A stretch of DNA of 64,000 nucleotides from Lama guanicoe (Eukaryota), in NCBI GenBank assembly GCA_013239625.1, contig MU053994.1:1-64000 (forward strand), written 5' to 3'. Shown in pieces: positions 22,776 through 35,340 of the stretch. A program made the position numbers and the translations under genes. The first letter of the stretch is position 1; each line of letters starts with the position of its first letter. The notes under the pieces are model-generated. The model had not been told where the DNA came from and searched no databases. It was given only the letters and a program-made list of their open reading frames with translations.

Positions 22776-25599
22776 GTAGAGTCTTCAAATGCATGACTGA
22801 GATTAATAAGACCAAGGTTATGAATGTGACCCATGTTCTAATCAGTAGTTTGACTGTGTTTGAGATAGGTAATCACTGGCGTTTATGTTTAAAGTTTTCT
22901 GATTTTAAGGTCACTTGAGTGGATGATCTTTCTGTGTCTATGGGTAGATGTGTGATGGTAATGACCTCCCAAGGTAAAAGATGTTTCTGTTCCTTGTTAG
23001 GAGTTCCTTATTAAGCCAGGAAATCAATCAGTTAATGACTTAATTACTTTGACACCATTTATGAACCTCATCACACAAGACTTTTCACAATCAGATTCCC
23101 ACCTCCTTGCCTACATTCTTACTGGACTCAAAGTCTTTCACACATCTGTGTTGATTTTTGTGCTGGGTAAAGAGGAAGCCCTCAATAAATATTAGTGAGA
23201 TATTATTATTATTCCTGCCTTCACATGGGCAATATCCCTAACTAGAATGTCCATTTCCCTCCTTCCTCACCTGGCATATGCAAATTTAGCATAGAAATAC
23301 CAATCTGAACTTCCTGTTTAGCCTCCCCCTGATACCTCAAGTAAGGAGACCCTCCTGTGTGTGGTCTTCTGTGATTCTAATTCATCTGCAGTAAGGCTCC
23401 TACTCTGTGTGCTCCTTCAGGAGAGGGAACAGATGTCCTTGAACTCCTAGGCCCTCCAAAAATACATACAAAATGAATCAATAATTAAAAGAAAGAACCA
23501 TCTCCCCTCACGGAGATTTGCCAAGTGCATGGCAGAGGTTCTATTCAGGCAGAATAGAAAACCACTAGAAATCATCTGGTTTTGAAAATGATAGGGTTAT
23601 GAAATGTATTTTTTATGAGGCATTTACTGTTTAAAGGAAATATTTTAAATATTGTATTCTCTAAGTCTTGAACTATAATCTCTTATTTCATATGCATGGC
23701 TTCCAAGGAAAATTTTATATTATGAGAATTGGATTTTTATCTGCTCCTTGTGCACTGATTCATTTATTCACTCAGTCATTCAACAGTAAGTCATTTTAGA
23801 TATCTACTCTAAGGCATTATATGTTTTAAATGGCTACAGGAGGATGTAACAATGTGAATGTATCACCCCTTAGCAGGATTAAGTAGAAATAGTACCATTA
23901 TATCATAATGTCTTACAATAGGAGATGATGTATATTTTACTACTAGGCAAAACACCCCACACTTGCTGTAGAAGGCACACGATCCCTTTTCAGAGGTTTT
24001 TGTGTGTCCCTGCCTCAACTTTGGTGAACTTTCAACACTAGACCAACACCTGCAGCTTTCTTCAGGTAGGAGATCTCCCTTTTCAGTCTGGGTCCTCAAG
24101 AAAGTGAAATGCCTTAATCCCTCTGTGTCCCCTTATCTTTTCCCTCCCCACCCCCACAACACTTCATAGACCACCCATAGAGAACATGCTCAATAATGGT
24201 GTATGTGTTTTTTCAAACCAGATAGGATATACATACATTTTTATGGACATGTACATTAATTAAGAATAGTCAAAGAACTTAAACCGTATGTTATTAAAGG
24301 ATTATTTTTCTGACCAGGGGAAACATATATTTTTTAAAGGTCTTATGACTTCAAAATAACCAAGAGAATTTTTCTTTAAAATGAATTCATCATCAAAAGG
24401 GTTTTAAACTAAGAAATGGTGAAAATAATTACACCACTACAGAATCTGTCTTTTGGACCATTTTATGATTAATGCTTATTAAAATTACTCAAATATAATC
24501 TGACACAAAGTTTCCAAGAAGCCATAATTAGAAATGAAAGAGGAGATAAAAGGTTTCATCGAGTCTCTTTCTTTTGCCATCCAATCCAGTCCTACCCAAT
24601 TCTTTCTCATGAATTATGCTTCCCTAACACCCTGTAGCTAAGCCTATTTGGGACACTCACACGCAAAATTCTCACAGCAGGCAAATGAGCTTGGCAACCT
24701 GGCTGCCTTGCAAAAGACCCCTTCTTGTCATCTCCCAGCATCGACAGTCCCCAGAACAAGGCAGGTGTCCCCTCCTAAGTCTGTTTGCTTTAACTCAGTT
24801 ACCTACAATGTCTTGGAATGTTCTTTCCATCAAGCACTTGTACATTAAATTTCAGAAGTTGTCTTATTAGAGATAAAGTTGATCCCCACCTTCAACCAAT
24901 TTCCATGCAAATTAGGCTTGGCTAAACATGTAGCCTGAAAAAAAACAAGCTATTGTAGACACTCTGAAGAACTGAAGTATTTTTCATCACTTGTCACATG
25001 TGATAAAGAAAAGTCATTTTTCCATGAGCTTCCCCATGCCCGAGTTGCTGCCTCATGCCAGCTTTTTACAGAAGTCCACAATTGTTTCAATATGGTTGTT
25101 GTCATTTTAATTCTGTAGTTCTTCATTCACTGCCATGGTTGGCCCCCTTATTGCCAAAGTACCAGAAAGTGTTACTGGAGGAGAAAATACTTCCTAGCAT
25201 GAGGGCATGTGGAGAGAGGTGTGACATTCTAAGCCAACGCTAAAAATGATGGTGCCTCTGTGCAGAGAAAAGTGTTTCTCAATTTCTTTCAAGAATCACC
25301 TAAACCAGAATTGGTTGGTAAGGCTTATTAAAAATACAAATTTCCAGGATCCACCTTTTGAAACTCAACTTCTGGAAATAGAGCCTTTCCTTTTATCAAG
25401 GCCCACCTGACCATCATTGATTGGCCCATGAGTGAGCCCATCATTCAAACACAGCCAATCAGAACTCTTCCTTAGAATTTTCAATTTGTGGCCCCTGAAC
25501 TGGAAGTTCCATGAGGAGCAGGAACTTTGTTTTGTTTTCTGATGTATCTCTAACATCTCAAATAGTGTTGTTTACATAGTAGGAGGTTATTAAATCAAA

Positions 25600-27830
25600 T
25601 TAATTAATAGAGTAAGTCTCAGTTTCCTTTTGATGGTAAACATTGTGAACTGTGAGGTTGCCATATTCCCCTAAGTGTGTAAGAAGCATAGAGCCAGAAT
25701 GAGATTGTCCTAGAAATACTCAAGTCCCTAATCCAGTTTCCCTGAGGCCTAACTCCCTCCCTGTCCTTCCCTTGGTTTTGTAAGCCAATAAATTGCCTGA
25801 ATTTATTGCCCAAATTTGCTTGATTTCGGTTTCTGACACTTGTAACCAAAAGTATTCTAATAAACACAGCCAGGATCTTAGAGTCCCTTATTTGTAAATT
25901 ATTTTATTATATTTTACCACACTTTAGCCTAAACCAACTTATGAAATATATTTTAAAAACTGAGATACAAAGAGGTTGCCTAAGGTCATTTGCCAGTGTG
26001 CGGCAAAACCAGGACTAAAATTTGTACTGATGCTTCCTTTTGGTGAAAAAGGCTGGATAGATAAAACTTGGGAGAGATGGAGAGCCTTGAATTGTTTTTA
26101 ACCTCTAATGCTTTCCGATTAGCTTAACATTATAGCATAACTGGCTCAGTGAAGAGGGAGAGCTTTAGCCACCAGGTATTTTCAGAAACCTCATTCTACT
26201 AAAGATAAAATATCTGATAAATTCTTGTCAAGCCCCGGTGAAAGTTTTGTCAACAGAGAGTAAGGGTAACAAAGGAACTGCTGCTTTCGATTTAATTCTA
26301 ATCACAAGGAAGAATTGGGTGGTGATGATGGTGATGCAGAAGTGTTAGGAATCTGAAGACTATTACTTTGTTGTCTTAGAAATTGTCTGACTTAGACTCT
26401 GGATATATCTGATTAGATATTTGGTAAGCAGAGATCCCAAAATTTTCACAAAAAGAAAAACAGGAATAAACTTGACAGTTGTGTTACAAGTGTGGGGGTG
26501 AAAGACTAAGAAGAGTTTGGGATGCTCTGTTTGCCCAGTATCCCTCATCCTTTGCTTTGGCATTGACACCCTAATTTTTACTGGGAAATCATTTCTCTCC
26601 CACTCTTAGAACATATTATTTGGTCATACATATGACCAAAGTCTGGATAATCAGACTTGTTCTGGAATGGGCATGTGACCCAAATCGGGCCAAAGAGACC
26701 CAAAACGTTGAATAAGCACTTTTACTAGGGTGTAAACTAGTAACACTTAAGCCTGTCTTCACTGCCTGATGGTGGCTATTTTCACTACAAGGAAAGAGCC
26801 TGCTTAAGAAGGAATCCAACATGGTGGACGGAGATGGAGAGAGAAGGGAAGAAAGGGGAAGGAGAGGAGAGAGAGGGGAAGAGAGAGGAGATATCTCAAC
26901 ATCATTATTTTAATACTTGGTTCCATCCATGCCAGGATATTTTGGTTATGAGCTTGTAAGTCCCCTTTTGGCAAAACCCAGGTAGAGAGGTTGAGTTGGG
27001 TTCTGCCTATTTCAGAGGCATCTAAAGAATCCAACATGGAATTTGTTGATTTTAGAAAGACAAAGACAAGATGGAGCAACTAACCAAATATGTATAAGGA
27101 GGAGTGGCATGAAGCCCTAAGAAAGGCATCAGGAAGACACAGAGAGAGTTTAGGTCATTAAGTAAGTGTGCAAATCCTTTTTAAAAAATTATTTTCTCAA
27201 CAAGAAGATAGAGGAATTTACAGGAGTATTTGTTGGGTCATAACAATTGATAGAAGGAAAGTCAAAACTATTCCACTTCAGGTATGTTTCTATTGTTTTT
27301 CCATTGAGAAAAACTATTTTCAAATTGAAAATTTCAGAACAAAGATCAGGAAAAAATAGAAACCATGAACACTTACAGAGATTGGAGGTTATGTCATTCT
27401 GAAAAAACTTTGGCTGATTTGAACAGAAGAGTGATTTATTAAGAGGAAACTGGGTAGCTCACAGAAACTGGGAGGGGTGGAAAGCTGGGCTCAGAGACAG
27501 CCTACTGAGGACTCAGCTGCCACCATCTCTGTGCAGTGGATACTATAGTTCATGCCACAACTACTACAATATCGGACATTACATGCTGCCACTAGGATTC
27601 TGTCTCTGCTGCCCTGGGAACTCTACCTTGACACAACTATACTTTCTACTGAAGATGAATGTCCATAGCCACAGATCTTGTGCATAGTTGAATTCAATCC
27701 AAAGTCTGGATGGACTGAGAAGTGTATCTGATTAGCAGGATGTGGTTATGTACTCACATCCTAGCTGTAAGGAAGGTTGGGGAAAATTTGAGTGTGGTAT
27801 TTTTCATTCCATAAGAGGGGATAGATTCTG
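25600..27830. mobile_element. Cluster of MaLR (MLT1-type) LTR fragments and MIR pieces
   Basis: MLT1 hallmarks such as tttcggtttctgacacttgtaaccaaaagtattctaataaaca and gggcatgtgacccaaatcgggccaaaga. Confidence 0.5.
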
Positions 27831-28773
27831 CCTCTCACTAAAACTCGAAGTGTGAATTCCTCAAGCTTTTCATATATCACCGTTAATGTGTTTGAGTAAA
27901 TTCCTTCTATACTTAGTTCGTTGAGAGTTTTTATCATGAAAGGGTGTTGCACTTTGTAAAATATTTTTTCTGCATATATTGAGATAATCATGTGATTTTT
28001 ATCCTTAATTATGTTAATGTGGTGTATTACATTTGTGGATTTGGGTATGCTGAACCATCCTTACATCCCGGGCTAAATCTCACCTGATCATGGTGTATGA
28101 TCCTTTTAATGTGCTGTTGAATTCAGTTTGCTAGTATTTTGTTGAGAACTTTTGCATCTATGTTTATCAGGGATATTGACCTGTAGTTTTCATTTCTTGA
28201 AGTATCTTTTTTCTGTTTTTTTAAAAATCAGGGTAATGCTGGTTTCATAAAGTGAGTTTGGAAGTATTCCCTCATCTTCAATTTTCTGCAGGAATTTGAG
28301 AAGGACTGGTATTACTTGTTATTTAAATTGTTTGGCACAATTCACCCATGAAGACTTCTGGTCCAGACCTTTTCTTTGTTAGGAGGTTTTTATTACTGAT
28401 TCAATCTCCTTATTAATTGTAGGTCTATTCACATTTTCTATTTTTTCATGGCTCAGTTTTTGGTAAGTTATATGTTTCTAGGAATTTACCCATTTCTTCC
28501 AGGTTATCCAGTTTCTTGATGTGTACTTGTTCTTAGTGGTCTCATAATCCATTTTATTTCTGTGGCATTGATTGTAATGTCTTCTCTTTAATTTCTGATT
28601 TTGAGTCCTCTCTGTTTCTTAGTCTAGCTAAAGGTTTGTCAGTTTTCATTGTCCTTTTCAAAAAAAACGAATCTTACTTTTGTTGTTTTCTATTCTTTTT
28701 CTATTCTCCATTTCACTTATTTCTGCTCTAATCTTTATCATTTGCTTCCTTCTGGTATTTTGGAGCTTAGTCT

Positions 28774-29403
28774 TGTAACTGAGCAGGACCCCATAGGGCC
28801 TTCCCAGAACAGAACCCCCCATGTCCTCTGTCTGGCTCTTGTTTGTTGAAAAAACTTTAGTCTCCTAGGCCTTCTTCAAATTCTAAAGAATTTAATCAGA
28901 GAAGTGAGAAAATACAGAGACAGAGGAAAACAGTCAAATAAGAAAATAATAATAGATTAGCCATTAAATAAAGTCACAGACCTTTAGTTCCTCATCGAGG
29001 TCTATGGATAATATTCTAAGCCATGCCCTTTGAGCTGTTTTGCAGATACTGAAACCCACACTAGGTGGAAGAAGCTAACTGTATGCTGCCCACAAGCACA
29101 TAGACCCCAGACCGGTTGGAACCAGAAGGTTGATGATCTTGATTCATGGTTACCTTACCATCAACCAATCAGAAGAATGCCCACGAATTGATCATACACT
29201 GCACAACACTCTCCCTCACCCTATCTTTAAAAACCTTTCCGTGAAAGTCATTGGAGAGTTCAAGCCTTTTAAGCATTAGTTAGTCACCCAGACTCCTGCT
29301 TGACACCTGCAATAAACGCTGCACTTCCCTTCATCACAACCCAGAGTCAGTAGATCAGCTTTACTGCATGTAGGCGAGGAGACTCAGGTTAGGTTTGGTA
29401 GCA
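28774..29403 (+). mobile_element. ERV1-type solo LTR (~630 bp) inserted in the L1
   Basis: TGTAAC...GTAGCA ends; 4-bp flanks gtct/gttt; CCAAT box, TATA-like tttaaaa and AATAAA at 29311-29316. The host L1 resumes seamlessly after it. Confidence 0.8.
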
Positions 29404-29591
29404 GTTTTTTCTTCTTTTTCTAGTTCTTTGAGGTACAAGCTTAGATTTTTTTCATTTGAGATGGATATTCTTTTTTAATGTGGGCATTTTTGGTTATAAA
29501 CTTCCCTATGAGTACTGCTTTTATTGCATCCTGTAGTTTCGGTATATTGTGTTTTCATTTTTGTTTGTCTCAAAATATTTTCTAATTTCCC

Positions 29592-30920
29592 TAATTTCCC
29601 TATCAAATTACCAATGACATTCTTCACAGAGCTGGAACAAAAATTGTTAAAACTTGTAATGGAAGCATAAAAGACCCCGAATAGCCAAAACAATCTGGAA
29701 AAAGAAGAATGGAGCTGGGGGAATCAGGCTCCCTGACTTCAGACTACACTACAAAGCTACAGTAATCAAAACAGTATGGTATTGGCACAAAAACAGACGC
29801 ATAGATGAATGGAACCGGATAGTAAGTCCAGATGTAAATCCACACACTTATGATCAATTCATCTACAACCAAGAAGGCAAGAGTATACAAATGGAGAAAA
29901 GACAGTCTCTTCAACAAGTTGTGCTGGGAAAACTGGACAGCTACCTGTAAAAGACTGAAATTAGAACATTCTCTAACACCAGATACAAAAATAAACTCAA
30001 AACAGATTAAAGACCTAAATGTAAGACCAGATACTATAAAACTCCAAGAGGAAAATATAGAACACTCTTGGACATAAGTCACAGCAATATATTTTTTGAA
30101 TCAGCTTCTGGAGTAATGGAAATGGAAATAAAGGCAATTAAACTTAAAAGCTTTTGTACAGCTAAGGATACCATCAACAAAACGAATAGACAACCTACAG
30201 AATGGGAGAAAATATTTGCAAATGATGCAACCAACAAGGGACTAATCTTCAAAATATACAAACAGCTCATATACCTTAATATTTTAAAAAAGCAACCCAA
30301 CCCCAAAATGAGCAGGAGACCTAAACAAGCAGTTCTCCAATGAAGACATACAAATGGCCAATAGGCACATGAAAAACTGTTAAGCATCACTAATTGTGAG
30401 AAAAATGCAGATCAAAACTACAATGAGATATCACCTCACACCAGCCAAAATGGCCATCATTAAGAAGTCTACAAACAATAGATGCTAGAGAGGGTGTGGA
30501 GAAAAGGGAACCCTCCTACACTGTTGGTAGGGGTGTAGATTGGTGCAGCCATTATGGAAAACAGTATGGAGATTCTTCAAAAGACTGAAAACAGACCTAC
30601 CACATGATACAGCAATCCCACTCCTGGGCATATACCCAGAGAAAAATAAAATTCAAAAAGACACATGCACCCCAATGTTCACAGCAGCACTATTTACAAT
30701 AGTCAAGACATGAAAACAACCCAAATATCCATCAACAGATGACTGGATAAAGAAGAAGTGGTATATATATGCAATGTAATACTACTCACCCATAATAAAG
30801 AATAAAATAATGCCATTTGCAGCAACATGGATGGACCTGGAGATCATCATTCTAAGTGAAGTAAGCCAGAAAGAGAAAGAAAAATACCATATGATATCAA
30901 AAGGACAGAAATGAACTACT
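29592..30920 (+). mobile_element. Younger L1 ORF2 3' segment, pseudogenised, ending early in the 3' UTR without a poly(A) tail
   Basis: ORF2 peptides [28 protein letters not shown] and [28 protein letters not shown], with frameshifts. Confidence 0.9.
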
Positions 30921-31249
30921 TATTATTTATAACTTAGATGATTGATTTCTTGAACATGTGTAAGCACATTTGACTGTCCTGTATGATTGGATTACTGCAT
31001 TCTGTTGATTCTTATTTTGTGATTGGCTTTATTCCTTTGATAACTGTGTAAATTTAAAAAGCTAAAGCTCTAATCTGTTCTTAGAAACAATGATCAGTAC
31101 ATATATGTAAAATAAAAAAATGTGCAGTATATTGTATATATGTATTTACATAAAATATAATGCATATGTGCAGTCAAACTGTAATAATTCTACCTAATGA
31201 AACTGAAAAAGGAAAAACAAAGTTCAGGGACAGCACACCTCTGAGGACC

Positions 31250-31570
31250 AAGGCTCACAGTAGGAGATGCTATCACAGACTTGGCTTATTAATTGCAATG
31301 GGAACGATGGGGTCCAGAAACATAGTAGATCCAGGAGGCAGAAATTAATGCCAAAAATCAGGTAGTCACAATTGTCATAGCAACTGGCAAAATATTGGAG
31401 TGACAGCCAAGGAAACTTAACCTAGAGAGAGTTGTGGAGATGTTTTATAGAACCTAGCGTCCCTTGGGGAAAAACAGATGGTCAGGCAACAAGAGTACTG
31501 CCTAATGTATGTAATCAAAGAAAACAAGAGTAGATGAGGCACCTGAGGGTGGCCACTACAATAAAAAATG
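31250..31570 (+). mobile_element. ERVL internal (gag-like) fragment
   Basis: Conceptual translation across frameshifts gives TVGDAITDLG-LLIAMGTMG...RELWRCFIEPSVPWGKTDGQATRVLPN, resembling ERVL gag. Confidence 0.6.
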
Positions 31571-33305
31571 TCATAAAAATTGGGAATTTAAAAATTGAAC
31601 CTCATGGGGAGTGATGGAAATGGTAGCTATCTTGATTGATGTAGTGGTTTCATTGGTATATAAAGCTATCAAAATTCATCACATTGTACATTTGAAATAT
31701 GTTAGTTTACTGTACAGGTACCATACCGCAATAAAGGTGTTTTTTTTAAAGAATGTATTGTTTAATTTCTACATATTTGTGAATTTTCTCATTTTCCTCA
31801 TGCTATTGATTTCTAGTTTTATTCCACTGTGGTCAGAAAAGGTACTTGACATGATTTCAATTTTCTTAAATTTGTTAAGACTTTTTTTTGTGACTTAACA
31901 TGTAATCTGTCCTGGAGATTGTCCCATTTGTGCTTGAGAAGAATGTGTATTCTGCTGCTGTTGTGTGGAGTGTGCTGTAAATGTTAGGTTTATTTAGTCT
32001 GTAGTGTTGTCAAATCTTTTGTTTCCTATTGATGTGTCTGGATGTTCTATCCATTATTCAAAGTGGTATGTTGAAATCTCCTATTATTGTGTTTCTATCA
32101 ATTTTCTCCCTCAGCTCTGTCAATGTCTGCTTCATATATTTAGGCACTCTCCTCTTGGATACATATATAATTGTTATATCTTCCTGATGAATTGGCCATT
32201 TTATCATTACATAATGTCCTTGTCTTTTGTGACAGTATTTTACTTAAAGTCTGTGTTGTCTGGTATAAGTACGGCCACCTCTGCTCTCTTTTAGTTACCA
32301 TTTACATGGAGTATCTTTTTCCATCTTTCACTTTCAGACCACACATGTCCTTAAATCTAAAGTCAGTCTTGTAGATAGCATATAATTGGATCTTTAAAAA
32401 AATCCATTCAGTTATTCTATGTTTTTAACAGGAGAGTTTAATCTATTTACATTTAATTATTGACAGGCAATGACTTACTGCCATTTAAAAATCATTTTCT
32501 GTCTTATTCGTAGCTGTTTTGTTTCTCTTTTCCCTTCTTGCTGCCTTCCTCGATGTTTCATTGATTTTTTTTTTTTTTGTAGTGGCATGCTTTGGTTTAC
32601 TTCTCATTTTCTTTTGAGTATCTTCTAAAGATTGTGGTTACCATGAGGCTTACAAACAACACCTATGGTTATAACAATCTCCTTTAAGCTAATAGCAACT
32701 CAACTTCAACTACAAGAACCCTACACTTTTACTTCTGCCCACAGAAACACATACACACACACAGACATACTTTACGTTATTGATATAACAAATTACATTT
32801 TTATATTGTATATCCATTAAAATATTTTAGTTATAATTTTTTTAATACTTTGTCTGTTAACTTCTAATACCAGAATTAAAAGTGACCCACCCATCACCAA
32901 TTCAGTTTTACAGTATTCTGTATTTATCTAATATATTTACCTTTACCAGTGAGTTTTATATTTTCTCATGCTTTCGCATTGCTGTTTAACATCTTTTTAT
33001 TTCAACTTGAAGGTCTCCCTTTAATATTTCTTGTAAAGCAGGTCTAGAGGTAATAAATTCCTTCAGCTTTTGTTTACCTGGAAAACTTGTTTAATTTTAT
33101 AGTGTGGTGTGGGAATTTCTTTGTACGTGGTGAGTCACTTTTCTCTTGCTGATTCCAAAACTTTCTCCTTATATGTGACTTTTGATAATTTGATTATAAT
33201 CTCTCTCAGTTTGGACTTCTTTAGCTTCATCTTATTTGAGATCTTTGGGCTTCTTGAATCTGGACATTCATTTCCTTCCCTAGGTTTGGGAAGTTTTCAC
33301 CATGA

Positions 33306-35340
33306 TTTGTTTATTCTTACTGAAGTATAGTTGATTTACAATATTATATTAGCTTCAGGTGTACAGCATAGCGATTCAGAATTTATACAGATTATACTCC
33401 ATTAAAACTTATTAGAAGATAATGGCTATATTTCCCTGTGCTGTACAATATATCCTCGGTGCTTATCTATTTTATACACAGTAGTTTGTACCTTTTAATC
33501 CCCTACCCCTAACTTGCCTCTCCCCTCTTCCTTCTCCCCACTGGTAATGACTAGTTTGTTTTCTATATTTGTAAGTTTGTTTCTGTTTTGCTATACACAT
33601 TTGCATTATTTTTTAGATTCCACATATAAGTGATACAATATTTATCTTTCTCTGTCTGACTTGTTTCACTAAGCATAATATTCTCTAGGTCCATCCACAT
33701 TGCTACAGCATGATAGAATGGCAGACTTTTATTCTTCTATGGCTGAGTAATATTCCATTGTATACATATACCACATCTTCTTTATCCATTTTTCTGTTGA
33801 TGGACACTTGAGTTGCTTCCAAATCTTGGCAATTGTGAAAAATGCTGCTATGTATCTTTTTGAATTAGCGTTTTTGTTTTTTCTCGTTATATACCCAGGA
33901 GTAGAATTGCTGGATCATATGGTAATTTTAGTTTTAGTTTTTTGAGAAACTTCCATACTGTTTCTCATAGTGGCTGCACCAATTTACATTCCCACCAACA
34001 GTGTACAAGGGTTCTCTTTCGTCCACATCCTTGCCAACATTTATTATTTGTAGACTTTTTGATGATAGCTATTCTAATAGTGTGAGGTGATACCTCATTG
34101 TGGCTTTCATTTGCATTTCTCTATCAGTGATGTTGAGCATCTTTTCATGTGCCTGTTAGCTGTCTGTATGTGTTCTTTGGAAAAATGTCTATTCAGGTCT
34201 TCTGCCCATTTTTTGACCGGGTTGTTTGGTTTATGATATTGAGTTGTATGAGCTATTTATGTACTTTGGATATTAACCTCTTGTCAGTTCTATCATTTGC
34301 AAGTATTTTCTCCCATTCAGTAGGTTGTCTTTTTGTTTTTGTCCGTAGTTTCCTTTGCTGTGCAAAAGCTTTTAAGTTTAATTAGGTCTCATTTGTTTAT
34401 TTTTGCTTTTCTTTCTTCTGCCTTAGGAGACAGATCCAAAAAAACATTGCTACAATCTATGTCAAAGAGTGTTCTGCCTATGTTCTCTTCCAGGAGTTTT
34501 ATGGTTTGAGGTTTTACATATAGGTCTTTAATCCATTTTGAGGTTTTTTTGTATATGGTGTGAGGAAATGTTCTAATCTCATCATTTTACACGTAGCTGT
34601 CCAGTTTTCCCAGTGCCACTTGTTGAAGAGACTGTCTTTTCTCCATCCTATATTCTTGCCTCCTTTGTCATAAGACTAATTAACCATAATGGGCATTTCT
34701 GGGCTCTCAAGTATGTTCCATTGATTTATGTGTATGTTTTTGTGTCAGTATCATTATGCCTTGATTACTGAAGCTTTGTAATACAGTCTGAAGTCTCTCA
34801 AGATTGCTTTGGCAATTTGGAGCTTTTTGTGGTTCCATATGAATTTTAGGATTATTTGTTCCAGTTCTGTGAAAAATTTCATCAGTATTTTGATAGGAAT
34901 TGGATTAAATACATAGATTGCTTTGGGTGGTAATGCCATTTTAACAATATTAAACCTTCCAATTCAAGAGCTCAGAGTATCTTTCCATTTCTTTGCATCA
35001 TCTTCAGTTTCCTTCACCAATATTTTACAGTTTTCAGAGTACAGGTTTTTTACCTCCTTGGTTAAGTTTATTCCTAGATATTTTTGATGTGATTTTAAAC
35101 AGGATTGTTTTTTTAATGTTCTCTTTCTGATAGTTCATTACAAGTGTATAGAAAAGCAACAGATTTCTGTATATTAATCTTGTCTCCTGCAACTTTACTT
35201 AATTTATTTACTAGTTCTAATAGATTTTGTGTAGAGACTTCGGGGTTTTCTATATAAAGTATCATGTCATTTGCAAATAGTGACAGTTTTACATCTTCCT
35301 TTCCAATTTGAATGCCTTTCATTTCTTTTTCTTGTGTGAC
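33306..35340 (-). mobile_element. 5'-truncated younger L1 (ORF2 RT/C-terminal part plus 3' UTR) nested in the older L1
   Basis: 3' end ctgaagtatagttgatttacaat. ORFs 35113-35322 ([26 protein letters not shown], degenerate FADD motif) and 34754-34939. Confidence 0.9.
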
